NCBI GenBank assembly: GCA_002269645.1
Contig: NIVC01002709.1
Coordinates: forward strand, 62,001 to 126,000
Reading direction: 5' to 3'
DNA length: 64,000 bases
Origin: Macrostomum lignano
Taxonomy: Eukaryota
A model generated the notes under the pieces. The model was not told the DNA's origin and made no database searches. It worked only from the letters and a program-made list of their open reading frames with translations. This document shows, in pieces, positions 48,043 through 60,604 of the stretch (positions within the stretch are counted from its first letter, which is position 1; the number at the start of each line of letters is the position of its first letter). The translations under genes and the position numbers were made by a program.

Positions 48043-51000
48043 TCAGTCCTCATACGGCAACAGATAAGGCGGCACCTTAAGCAGACAGGCGCAGACCCCA
48101 GTGGTGCTGTGACTAAACGAGCCAACAGTCTCCCACTGATGCGAGTCCAGATCCAGCCGGCACACCAGCCGCTGCCCAGTCTTCGTGTGCACATTGAACC
48201 CACCCAGCACGTAGACATGCCGATCCACAGCCACGGCGCAGGCCTCCTTGTGCGACACCGGCATCGGGGACACGATGGTCCACTGGTCAGCCTCGGCGTT
48301 GTACTGCTCGCACTGCAGCACCGGCAGGGCGTTGTTTGCCGCGTTCAACGAGCAGCCGCCGCAGACGTAGAGACGGCCGGCGGCCTCGACCATGCAGTGC
48401 CAGCCGCGGGCGGCCAGCATTGGCGCGCATTCCTCCCAGAACTGGGCGGCAGGGCGGAGCTTGTGCACGTCTGGATAGAAATTCTCGTTGGCGTAGCCGC
48501 CCGAGATGTACATCTGCGGGATAACACGGCGGCGTAGGACAGTGGCGCAACGACTTCGGCGATATGACGGCAGTTTTGTCCATGCATTCAGCTGACTGCA
48601 TTCTGAGCACATGCAAGCGCGCCAGTTTCAGCGGCTCTAGACGACTTTAAAACGATGAGATCTCGCTCGACGAGATCAGAATCGCATTTCGCGTCTATAA
48701 CAACACTCTATTTAGTCTACATGAGTTAGTAGACATTTAAGCGCTAACACAACTACTTTTTCGCGACTCCTTTTTACGATTGTACAACTCAGCAAAAAGT
48801 CGTTAAAGTCACAGGAGTCGCTAGAGTCCCCCAGTTAGTTGTTTGCAATGACCCTTAGTGACTTGGGGATTGGTCCTCACGACTGTGAATCGCATAACAA
48901 ATCTAACCTTCTGACCAAGGGATTTAGATTGCGAATGTTAGACCTGCCGAATTCCAAATGAAGTCAATATGTGTTCCATTAGTAGTGCAACAAAAAAAGT
49001 TTATCCAGCAGATTGACCCTCCTTGTCAAGGTAACCTTTTCTTCAACAGGCTAGTTTGACCAAGAATTTTGGCTCGACAATCGGACACGTTAACCTCTGT
49101 GAGCTAACAGCCCCCAGATTGCACGACAATCGGACACGTTAACCTCTGCGTGAGCTAACAGCCCCCAGATGACACGACAATCGGACACGTTAACCTCTGC
49201 GTGAGCTAACAGCCCCCAGATGACACGACAATCGGACACGTTAACCTCTGTGTGACCTAACAGCCCCAAGATGACACGACAATCGGACACGTTAAGCGCT
49301 GTGTGACCTAACAGCCCCCAGATTGCACGACAATCGGACACGTTAACCTCTGCGTGACCTAACAGCCCCCAGAATGGAAGCAGCCCCCCTAAATCCCTCA
49401 CCGTATCCTTATACACAGCCCCAGCATGGGAGTAGAAGGCCTGCCCAAGCGACGGGCCGGCAGTCCAGCAGTTGGCCTCAGGATCGTACAGCTCGCAGTG
49501 CTGCAGGGCGCCCTCCTTCCGCCGGCCGGCCACCACCATAATCCTTGGCCGCCGGTTCACCATCACAATGCCGGCGGCAAAGTAGGCGCGCCGCTGCAGC
49601 ATCGGGGCGCACTGGTACCAGGCGTTGAAGCGCAGGTCGAATCGGCTCACAGCGTTCACAGCCGACTCGGCGTGAGCGCACTGGGTGACGCAGCCGCCCA
49701 GGACGTACAAAAAGTTGTTGAGCACAACGCATTGGGCGTGACTGACAGGCGTAGGCAGGGAAGCGAGGGTGTGACGACGGATAGTTGAAGAGCTCCTGCC
49801 TGCCGACATCAGCGAGGACTCAGCCGCAGCGACGGCAGCGGTGGCGCCCTGAGACGGCTTCGGCAGCAGCAGGGCTGAGCAGTCCTCTACCAGACCGGGC
49901 GTGGTCGGCTGAAGGTCGCGGCCGCCAACGCAGACCAGCTGCTCCCGGTAGCAGCGCAGCCACATGTCTGGCGGGGTGCACAGCGGCTGGCAGTGCGGCA
50001 CCACGTGATAGTTGAGCGCCTGCGGTGTTGTGTCACAAAGCCATGGACTATGTAAATGGCAAAGACCAATCTTGAGAGAACAAATACCTATTTAAGAAAC
50101 AAAGACCTATTTTAAGAAAACAAGACCTATTTCAAGAAAACCAAGACCTATTTCAAGAAAACCAAGACCTATTTCAAGAAAACAAAGACCTATTTCAAGA
50201 AAACCAAGACCTGTTTCAAGAAAACCAAGACCTATTTCAAGAAAACCAAGACCTATTTCAAGAAAACAAAGACCTATTTCAAGAAAACCAAGACCTGTTT
50301 CAAGAAAACAGACCTATTTCAAGAAAACAAAGACCTATTTAAGAAAACAAAGATCTATTTTAAGAAAACAAGAAGACAAAGACCTATTTTGAGAAAACAA
50401 AGACTTATTTTGAGACTTTAAGACAAAAACAAAGATCTAAATATAAAAGTGCATTGCCCAAAAAGTGCATTTTGAGAGGACAAAGACAATCACCTGCAGC
50501 AGTAGGCTGTGCAGTCTAGCATTAGCCATAACTGCCGGAGCCAGCTGTACTTTCGACACCAAATCCGAAGGCGCAATCAGGTTATAGCGGATCTCAGTGA
50601 GCAGCTGTTCCATGCATTGCTGCTGCTGATCTCTGGCATCCAGCCAGAGCTGCACCGCACGGAACACATCGATCTCGCGCAGGCGACAGTGCGGCGAACG
50701 CAGGCAAGCCAGCATCTGGTCGAGTCCCAGCTGGCTCAGTGCCGGCCCGTCAGCTATGGACAGCAGGTTGGCGGCGATGAACTTGTCAATCTGGGCCAGC
50801 ACGCCGGCCATGTTGTACAGGCGAGCCGTCACTATGAAATCCGTGAAGTTGGCTGCGGTCATGTTGCGAAGGAAATTCCGCTCGCAGAACTCCAGGACTG
50901 GCATCACCTTATAGAGAGATGGAAGGCAGTGACAAATAAGGTGCGATTCTACATGTAATGGCTTGTTGACAGGTGAAGATCTACATGTAATGGCTTGTTG

Positions 51001-53292
51001 ACAGGTGAAGATCTACATGTAATGGCTTGTTGACAGGTGAAGATCTACATGTAATGGCTTGTTGACAGGTGAAGATCTACATGTAATGGCTTGTTGACAG
51101 GTGAAGATCTACATGTAATGGCTTGTTGACAGGTGAAGATCTACATGTAATGGCTTGTTGACAGGTGAAGATCTACATGTAATGGCTTGTTGACAGGTGA
51201 AGATCTACATTTAATGGCTTGCTGACAGGTGATTCTACATGTAATGGCTTGTTGACAGGTGAAGATCTACATGTAATGGCTTGTTGACAGGTGAAGATCT
51301 ACATGTAATGGCTTGTTGACAGGTGAAGATCTACATGTAATGGCTTGTTGACAGGTGAAGATCTACATGTAATGGCTTGTTGACAGGTGAAGATCTACAT
51401 GTAATGGCTTGTTGACAGGTGAAGATCTACATGTAATGGCTTGTTGACAGGTGAAGATCTACATGTAATGGCTTGTTGACAGGTGAAGATCTACATTTAA
51501 TGGCTTGCTGACAGGTGATTCTACATGTAATGGCTTGTTGACAGGTGAAGATCTACATGTAATGGCTTGTTGACAGGTGAAGATCTACATGTAATGGCTT
51601 GTTGACAGGTGAAGATCTACATTTAATGGCTTGCTGACAGGTGATTCTACATGTAATGGCTTGTTGACAGGTGAAGATCTACATGTAATGGCTTGTTGAC
51701 AGGTGAAGATCTACATGTAATGGCTTGTTGACAGGTGAAGATCTACATGTAATGGCTTGTTGACAGGTGAAGATCTACATGTAATGACTTGTTGACAGGT
51801 AAAGATCTACATGTAATGGCTTGTTGACAGGTGAAGATCTACATGTAATGGCTTGTTGACAGGTGAAGATCTACATGTAATGGCTTGTTGACAGGTGAAG
51901 ATCTACATGTAATGGCTTGTTGACAGGTGAAGATCTACATGTAATGGCTTGTTGACAGGTGAAGATCTACATGTAATGGCTTGTTGACAGGTGAAGATCT
52001 ACATGTAATGGCTTGTTGACAGGTGAAGATCTACATGTAATGGCTTGTTGACAGGTGAAGATCTACATGTAATGGCTTGTTGACAGGTGAAGATCTACAT
52101 GTAATGGCTTGTTGACAGGTGAAGATCTACATGTAATGGCTTGTTGACAGGTGAAGATCTACATTTAATGGCTTGCTGACAGGTGATTCTACATGTAATG
52201 GCTTGTTGACAGGTGAAGATCTACATGTAATGGCTTGTTGACAGGTGAATATCTACATGTAATGGCTTGTTGACAGGTGAAGATCTACATGTAATGGCTT
52301 GTTGACAGGTGAAGATCTACATGTAATGGCTTGTTGACAGGTGAAGATCTACATGTAATGGCTTGTTGACAGGTGAAGATCTACATGTAATGGCTTGTTG
52401 ACAGGTGAAGATCTACATGTAATGGCTTGTTGACAGGTGAAGATCTACATGTAATGGCTTGTTGACAGGTGAAGATCTACATGTAATGGCTTGTTGACAG
52501 GTGAAGATCTACATGTAATGGCTTGTTGACAGGTGAAGATCTACATGTAATGGCTTGTTGACAGGTGAAGATCTACATGTAATGGCTTGCTGACAGGTGA
52601 ATATCTACATTTAATGGCTTGCTGACAGGTGATTCTACATGTAATGGCCAATGAAAGGTAAATTTTGAGTCTAATTTCTAGAAAATGAGCACAACAACTC
52701 ACCTGCAGATGAGTGGCAGCGGCCAGAATGTCGAACACGTCATCACCTTCAATGCTGGTGCTCGACGTGTAGATTATGTCCAGCACCTGCGCGTTTTTGA
52801 AGGCACTACAAGATATGCACTACACCGATATGTTGTGTAAATAACTTTGTGCGACGGGTGTTTACTCACCTTCTCTAATCCCTTAGCGGTGACGCCTTTG
52901 AGTTCAATCTCACTCTGGCTGCACTCCTTCATCCCGGAGGTGAACATGCTGCGGAAATAGTCTGAGCAGGACACCAGAATCACCTTGTGCACATCGAATC
53001 TCTGGCCGTCAGCCAGCAGGGTGACATCGGTGAGAACCGATTTGGAGCGCAGAGAGCACAGGCCCTGCAGCACCATCACTGCGTGGGCGGGGTCCGGGCC
53101 GCCCTGCTCCTGCTCGGCGGCTGGAGACGCCGGCGACAGCAGGCCCGACGACGAAGAAGTCGGATCCAGCGAGGCGGCGACTCCCGTGGAGGACGACGCT
53201 GCCGCCGCCGCTGCCGAGGCGCCTGCGACAAATTCGGCGCCGTTTCCGGCGCGATTGGCCAAAGCCAAATCCCAGGCTGCTGATGCAGACAT
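48043..53292 (-). CDS. Kelch-like BTB-BACK-Kelch protein (KLHL9/KLHL13-like CUL3 adaptor), about 669 aa
   Basis: Exons 53292-52870, 52786-52703, 50907-50494, 50019-49402 and 48513-48043, all phase 0 GT-AG. BTB: LTDVTLLADGQRFDVHKVILVSCSDYFRSMFT. BACK: LREIDVFRAVQLWL. Kelch: LYVLGG, MYISGG, RGWHCM, LYVCGG, VYVLGG. The paralogue within the KLHL9/13/14/26/31/36 group is not resolved. Confidence 0.9.
49075..49372. repeat. 51-bp minisatellite in KLHL intron 4
   Basis: CGACAATCGGACACGTTAACCTCTG... about 6 copies next to the donor. Confidence 0.9.
50085..50430. repeat. 20-21-bp minisatellite (AAGACCTATTTCAAGAAAACC), KLHL intron 3
   Basis: Directly visible. Confidence 0.85.
50949..52647. repeat. 32-bp minisatellite (CTACATGTAATGGCTTGTTGACAGGTGAAGAT), about 53 copies, KLHL intron 2
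   Basis: Near-identical units occupy about 95% of the intron. Confidence 0.95.
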
Positions 53293-53404
53293 CGCTCAGC
53301 TGGGCAGGTTGTCGAGTGCGGAGTCTGCGGCTAGGCTGGCGGTGTCCGACTCAGGGCTGAAGTGATGCGGTGGGGCTTGTGGCTGAGCTGCACTGGTGAT
53401 CGAG

Positions 53405-53893
53405 AGATATATAGATAGATAGATAGATAGATAGACAGATAGATAGATAGACAGATTAGATAGATAGACAGATAGATAGATAGATAGACAGATAGATAGA
53501 TAGACAGATTAGATAGATAGACAGATAGATAGATAGACAGATAGATAGATAGACAGATAGATAGATAGACAGATTAGATAGATAGACAGATAGATAGATA
53601 GATAGACAGATAGATAGACAGATAGACAGATAGATAGATAGACAGATAGATAGACAGATAGATAGATAGATAGATAGATAGACAGATAGATAGATAGACA
53701 GATAGATAGACAGATAGATAGATAGACAGATAGATAGACAGACAGATAGATAGACAGATAGATAGACAGATAGATAGATAGATAGATAGACAGATAGATA
53801 GATAGACAGATAGATAGACAGATAGATAGATAGACAGATAGATAGACAGATAGATAGATAGACAGATAGATAGATAGATAGACAGATAGACAG
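53405..53893. repeat. Mixed (GATA)/(GACA) microsatellite between the SMPD4 3' end and the KLHL start
   Basis: Directly visible. Confidence 0.9.
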
Positions 53894-53991
53894 ATGGCCA
53901 GCCCCTAAAGCCCAGCCAGCACAATTGTGACAAAATAATGAATGAACGGCAAGCTTGCCAATATGACATGCTGATTAAACGCCAATACATA

Positions 53992-53997
53992 TTTATT
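53992..53997 (-). terminator. Putative polyadenylation signal (AATAAA) of SMPD4
   Basis: TTTATT on the + strand, about 320 nt past the SMPD4 stop, within an AT-rich 3'UTR. Confidence 0.45.
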
Positions 53998-54312
53998 TAT
54001 GATATTAAAAAATACAATACTACACAATTGCACTACTTACGAGCGTAAATAGGAACTCAAACGCGTATAGTGAACTAGTGACGATGATGAATACAGCAAG
54101 ATTACACACATACAAAAGCAAATGTACTTGACTTGAACTAGAACCCGCTACACTCACCGATCCTTCAGGTGAAACGAATTCTACCATCTAATTGTCCGGG
54201 TCACAAGACGCTACACCTTTCTCATGCTAGAACGCAATGCTTCAAGATTAGTTTAAATAAAGTGAAATTAGAAAATGCACTAAGGAATGAGAGATAACAA
54301 TTACACCATAAA

Positions 54313-57300
54313 TCAATCGGCCAAAGAGGACGCATCCAAGCCGGGAAACGGTATCGGGCCGCTTTTAATAGCGGAACCAACAAGCCGAGAACAGTCAGAC
54401 ACATCCAGAGCCGGACTTTTACTAGCACTACTACTAGTACTATTGCTAGCAGTAGTAGCACCAGCAGGATTTGCCGATCCGAATCTCCAAATCCAGCAGG
54501 CCTCATCGAGCACTAGCAGGCAGAACTTGGTGAAAGCTATTAGCAAGCAGAATAAGGCCAGAGACTTGTAGCCAAGCAGGCAGCTGTAGGCGGCATAGGC
54601 TGCCAGCATCACCAACAGGGTCGGGTAGCCCGCCAGCCATCTCAATGAGATTCTCGCATCTCCGGCCCGATCTTTACACTCTCGCGACGAAGAAGAAGAA
54701 GAGCATACTCGTAAAATTGGCGCCGCGCGTCGGCCGAGGCGCCGGCGCAGACGATCGCGCTCGTTTGGCGCCGCCAGCAATAGGCGAGCTAGCCGGGACC
54801 GCGAGCATAGAGATTCGAGTCGGTCCCGGCCAGCCAGGTGGGTGAGCCAGTCCGACAACTCGGTGGTGAGCACCACTAGGGTGCCGCATTCCCAGGACCT
54901 GACTGGCTGCCTGCAGCGGCAGGGTAGGTTTAGAGGTCATTCTCAGGGTAGGTTTAGACGTCATTCTCAGGGTAGGTTTAGAGGCCATTCTAAGGGTAGG
55001 TTTAGAGGCTATTCTCAGGGTAGGTTTAGAGGCCATTCTCAGGGTAGGTTTAGAGGCCATTCTCAGGGTAGGTTTAGAGGCCATTCTCAGGGTAGGTTTA
55101 GAGGCCATTCTAAGGGTAGGTTTGGAGGCCATTCTCAGGGTAGGTTTAGAGGCCATTCTCAGGGTAGGTTTAGAGGCCATTCTCAGGGTAGGTTTAGAGG
55201 CCATTCTAAGGGTAGGTTTAGAGGCCATTCTCAGGGTAGGTTTAGAGGCTATTCTCAGGGTAGGTTTAGAGGCCATTCTCAGGGTAGGTTTAGAGGCCAT
55301 TCTAAGGGTAGGTTTAGAGGCCATTCTCAGGGTAGGTTTAGAGGCTATTCTCAGGGTAGGTTTAGAGGCCATTCTCAGGGTAGGTTTAGAGGCTATTCTC
55401 AGGGTAGGTTTAGAGGCCATTCTCAGGGTTTAGAGGCCATTGTCTGGGTAGGTTTAGAGGCCATTCTCAGGGTTTAGAGGCCATTCTCAGGGTTTAGAGG
55501 CTATTCTCAGGGTAGGTTTAGAGGCCATTCTCAGGGTTTAGAGGCCATTCTCAGGGTAGGTTTAGAGGCCATTGTCTGGGTAACTTTAGTAGATTAAGAA
55601 AAGGAAAAACTCAAAGGCTCAGCCGCTCACTCACCTGTCCCAGTCGCCAGAGTAAGGCATATACTGGAAGCGCCTGGCATTATTAGCGAGCTGGTAGCGG
55701 CCCAGAGGCGTCAGAGTGCCATCCGGCGCCACGTCAGGCGCTTGACTGTCCAGCGGCCCCGAGGACCACGGCGACGCCTGCGGCCGCGGCAGCGCCGTCC
55801 CAGTCGACAAATTGGCTCCGCTGGCCTCTGCCTCGGCCTCAGCCTCCGCTACAGCTTCATCGCCGCCCAGATCGCAGACCAGAGCCAGCAGCTTCGCCGA
55901 ATCAGCCAGATAATCCACAACCCGAGTCCGAACGTCGGCCTGATCGTCATAGTTGTTATTGTCGGCAGAGTCGGCGGCAACTGAGCCGCTCTTTAAGCAC
56001 AATCGGCGCTTGGCGTCAACGCAGGCGCGCAGCAGCTCGGCGCCAAGGCGGGTCACCTCGGCCTGGCGCTGCCACCAAAGTGCGGCGCCACTACCGCAGC
56101 CATCCGACATCTGCATCGCCGACTGTCGAGATGGCGACGTGCCTCCACCGGCGTTGGCAGCTGCGGCAGCAGCGGCGACAGAGAATGCATCGGCCAGCAG
56201 TGGCCGGGCCCGGCAGTACACAGACAGGCAGCGGTGCAGCATGTGGGCGAACCGGGGCACCCGCAGGTCGGCCCGGGCCAGCCTGCGCAGCAGACCCAGC
56301 CACAGGTCAGCGTAGAAATGAGCATTGGACTCAACAAAGGCTGACCAGCCTGTGCCGGGGGAGACGTCCGGCCCACCAGTTGCCGGGTGCATCGGCGAGT
56401 CCACATAGCGCCAGGGCTGCGGCGAGCGTGAAAGGATGAACAGCAAAATGAAGAATTGACGGCTTCAAACTCTTTGCTCCAACAGTCGAGCTTATGAAAC
56501 ATTAAGCTTGTTAACCCCCCCCCCATAAACCTAACCGAAAAAGTTATCTGCGCTACATATCGGTAGCCTAACTGGTCACGAGTTACCTAATGAGAACAGA
56601 GAACAATCATTAAATATGTTCTTATAGCACACCTGCGACTGACCTACCTATAAAGGTTACACTACAATGATCACACCTGTGACCAAACTGACTATAAGGT
56701 CACACTGCAATGAGCACAAACACACACATGTGACCAACCTGGCTATAAGGTCACACTGCAATGAGCACAAACACACACATGTGACCAACCTGGCTATAAG
56801 GTCACACTGCAATGAGCACAAACACACACATGTGACCAACCTGGCTATAAGGTCACACTGCAATGAGCACAAACACACACATGTGACCAACCTGGCTATA
56901 AGGTCACACTGCAATGAGCACAAACACACACAAGTGACCAACCTGCCTAAAAGATCACACTGCAATGATCACAAACACACACATGTGACCAACCTGCCTA
57001 AAAGATCACACTGCAATGAGCACAAACACACACATGTGACCAACATGCCTAAAAGATCACACTGCAATGAGCAAAACACACACATGTGACCAACCTGGCT
57101 ATAAGGTCACACTGCAATGAGCACAAACACACATGTGACCAACCTGCCTATAAGGTCACACTGCAATGAGCACAAACACACATGTGACCAACATGCCTAA
57201 AAGATCACACTGCAATGAGCACAAACACACACATGTGACCAACATGCCTAAAAGATCACACTGCAACGATCACACACACACCTGCAGATATGACAGCCAG

Positions 57301-60300
57301 GCCTCCAGCACAAACCGGAAGCTGGTATCGTAAGGCCATTGTTGAAATGTAAAATCGAAAAACCCGGCCAGCTTCGGTTGCAGCAGACGCGGCAGCCGCT
57401 CGCTGCGGTAGCGGTCGGCACCCAGGAGCAGCTGCGGCGCCCGGGGGCTGGTGTCGGGCCGGGGCAGGCCGGCGAGGCAAGGCGCGTACGCAAAATGATG
57501 CAGGTACTTTACCGCCAGGCGAACCAGGCACACGTGGTCAGGCGTGGGGTGCAGGTCTTCCTGTTGGCGGCGGCAAGTAGAAGGCGGAAGTAAACAGCTA
57601 ATTCTCAGGGTAGGTTTAGATACCATTGTCAGGGTGGCCTCCCCAATCAGCAACCAAGACTCCATTTCAATCAGCAACCAAGACTTTCCCAATCAGCAAC
57701 CAAGACTCTCCCAATCAGCAACCAAGACTCTCCCAATCAGCAACCAAGACTCATTTCAATCAGCAACCAAGACTCCCCAATCAGCAACCAAGACTCATTT
57801 CAATCAGCAACCAAGACTCCCCATTCAGCAACCAAGACTCCCTAATTGGCAACCAAGACCCCCCAATCGGCAACCAAGACCCCCAATCAGCAACCAAGAC
57901 TTCTCCCAATCAGCAACCAAGACTCTCTCAATCAGCAACCAAGACTCTCCCAATCAGCAACCAAGACTCATTTCAATCAGCAACCAAGACTCCCTAATTG
58001 GCAACCAAGACCCCCAATCAGCAACCAAGACTCCCCAATCAGCAACCAAGACTTCCCAATCAGCAACCAAGACTCCATTTCAATCAGCAACCAAGACTTT
58101 CCCAATCAGCAACCAAGACTCTCCCAATCAGCAACCAAAACTTTCCCAATCAGCAACCAAGACTTCCCAATCAGCAACCAAGACTCCATTTCAATCAGCA
58201 ACCAAGACTTTCCCAATCAGCAACCAAGACTCCATTTCAATCAGCAACCAAGACTTTCCCAATCAGCAACCAAGACTTCTCCCAATCAGCAACCAAGACT
58301 CTCTCAATCAGCAACCAAGACTCTCCCAATCAGCAACCAAGACTCATTTCAATCAGCAACCAAGACTCCCCAATCAGCAACCAAGACTCATTTCAATCAG
58401 CAACAAAGACTCCCCAATCAGCAACCAAGACTCCCTAATTGGCAACCAAGACCCCCCAATCGGCAACCAAGACCCCCAATCAGCAACCAAGACTCCCCAA
58501 TCAGCAACCAAGACTCATTTCAATCAGCAACCAAGACTCCCCAATCAGCAACCAAGACTCATTTCAATCAGCAACAAAGACTCCCCAATCAGCAACCAAG
58601 ACTCCCTAATTGGCAACCAAGACTTCCCAATCAGCAACCAAGACTCCCTAATTGGCAACCAAGACCCCCCAATCGGCAACCAAGACCCCCAATCAGCAAC
58701 CAAGACCCCCAATCAGCAACCAAGACCCCCCAATCGGCAACCAAGACCCCCAATCAGCAACCAAGACTCCCTAATTGGCAACCAAGACCCCCCAATCGGC
58801 AACCAAGACCCCCAATCAGCAACCAAGACTCCCCAATCAGCAACCAAGACTTCCCAATCAGCAACCAAGACTCCCTAATTGGCAACCAAGACCCCCAATC
58901 AGCAACCAAGACTCCCTAATTGGCAACCAAGACCCCCCAATCGGCAACCAAGACCCCCAATCAGCAACCAAGACTCCCCAATCAGCAACCAAGACTTCCC
59001 AATCAGCAACCAAGACTCCCTAATTGGCAACCAAGACCCCCCAATCGGCAACCAAGACCCCCAATCAGCAACCAAGACCCCCAATCAGCAACCAAGACCC
59101 CCCAATCGGCAACCAAGACTCCACAATCAGCAAGCCAGCTCACCAGGAAGTCCCTAGCAATCCCCGAGCAGGTGGTCAAACAAGGCGCGTGGCGGCAATC
59201 CAAGCAGCACCAGCCGATCCAGAACTCCAGCAGCGATTGGACAAAGCAATCAACCGGATAGGGCGGCTCCCCGGCTCCGGTTCTGCCGGCCCGACCAATC
59301 AGAGACGAGTAGCCGTAGCCGTAGCCGAATCCGTCGACATCAACAGCGGGGGCGATGGCTGCGGCGGCAAAGTCCCGATCAAAGAGCTGCACAGAGCAGT
59401 CGGTCATGAGCAAGAAATGCTGCATGTACAGCATGAGCAGCTGGCAATATAGATAATCAACTGAGCCTCTCCAATCAGATGCCCGGCAACCAACATGAGC
59501 CGGATGGCCAATAAGGTTGAACAGCAGCAATTCCAGCGCATTCAAGCGCAACACCGGCGCCCCAGCAGCAGAAGAAGACGCAGCATTAGCAGCAACAGTC
59601 TGATTGAATCGTTGGCGGAAAAACTGAAAACTGGCGTCGGCAGTTGCATTCGATGCTGCGTCAGACTGCTGCAACAGCAGGCACTGGGTCCGGTGGGACA
59701 GGCGGGACACGGGGAAGTCATAGCGACAGGCCTGATCAGGTAGAAGCCGGCGCAGCAGGCACTGGCACAGCGGCCCGGCTGGCGCCAGGAAGCTCAGGAT
59801 GAGCCGGTACTCGGCTGAGGAACCGCTGCCGCTACTGCTCCATGAGGACGAGGCAGCTGCGGAGGAGTTCGGCGAAGGCCGGCTAAGCAGACGCCAGTTG
59901 GCGTCGCCATCGTAGCCAAGGATGTTGTCCAGCAGGGTTGGCAGGGCAGTGTGCACCTCCTGCGGAGGATAGGAGTACAGAAGTGGCTTAGCATCCTTGC
60001 ATCTCAAATACTCACTCTCAGTGAATATCTCCCCGTCAGTCTCTGCATGCACCTCTGATTATTCCTTACACATTTATATCATCATTCCCTGCATCTCGTC
60101 AATCCCTACATCTCATCATTCCCTGCATCTCATCAATCCCTGCATCTCGTCAATCCCTACATCTCATCATTCCCTGCATCTCATCAATCCCTGCATCTCA
60201 TCAATCCCTACATCTCATCATTCCCTGCATCTCATCAATCCCTGCATCTCGTCAATCCCTAGATCTCATCATTCCTACATCTCATCATTCCTACATCTCA

Positions 60301-60604
60301 TCATTCCCTGCATCTCATCATTCCCTGCATCTCATCATTCCCTGCATCTCATCAATCCCTACATCTCATCAAGCCCTGCATTTTATCAATACCTGCTAAC
60401 CTGCATCTCATCAATCCCTACATCTCATCATTACCTACATCTCATTAATGTATAAGTTAGTTTAAAATAAGTCTTCTGTGTAGACTCATTACACAGAATG
60501 TAAAATAAACTTACAAAAACTGGCGCAGTCTCTAAGAAATTTGTCAGCCTCTCAATCTTCACTGAGACTGAGAGTTTAGGATTTGCAAACAAGGCTGTGG
60601 GATC
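54313..60604 (-). CDS. SMPD4: Sphingomyelin phosphodiesterase 4 (nSMase3); 5' exon carrying the start codon not found
   Basis: Exons 60604-60515, 59959-59144, 57560-57282, 56416-55635 and 54910-54313 (phases 0,0,0,2). Motifs YDFPVS, LNALELLLF, PTPDHVCLVRL, WPYDTSFRFVLEAWLSYLQ|PWRY, YSGDWDR|QPVRSWE and RISLRWLAGY plus the C-terminal TM segment parallel SMPD4. About 854 codons lie in the window. Confidence 0.88.
54921..55585. repeat. 24-bp minisatellite (GAGGCCATTCTCAGGGTAGGTTTA), last SMPD4 intron
   Basis: Directly visible; starts about 10 nt from the acceptor. Confidence 0.95.
56670..57275. repeat. About 51-bp minisatellite in an SMPD4 intron
   Basis: CACACTGCAATGAGCACAAACACACACATGTGACCAACC... 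units, abutting the donor. Confidence 0.9.
57640..59135. repeat. About 20-23-bp minisatellite (CAATCAGCAACCAAGACTCCC) in an SMPD4 intron
   Basis: Directly visible; the source of multiple spurious ORFs. Confidence 0.9.
60075..60445. repeat. About 17-bp minisatellite (CCCTGCATCTCATCATT) in an SMPD4 intron
   Basis: Directly visible. Confidence 0.8.

Noticed and set aside
49090-49401. 17-aa repeat C-terminal extension of the Kelch ORF
   Set aside because: Read-through past a good GTGAGG donor; the Kelch repeats resume at 48513.
50949-52647. Regular 32-bp repeats as a CRISPR array
   Set aside because: The units are contiguous with no unique spacers, there are no cas genes, and the array lies inside a spliceosomal intron.
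53293-53360. N-terminal extension of KLHL upstream of the ATG
   Set aside because: An in-frame TGA lies two codons before the ATG at 53292.
54674-55477. GRFRGHSQ and ASKPTLRM repeat proteins
   Set aside because: The 24-bp array lies between a GT donor and an AG acceptor whose joining restores the conserved SMPD4 sequence.
57544-59261. Multiple Q/N/P-rich repeat ORFs on the + strand
   Set aside because: Antisense frames of an intronic minisatellite.
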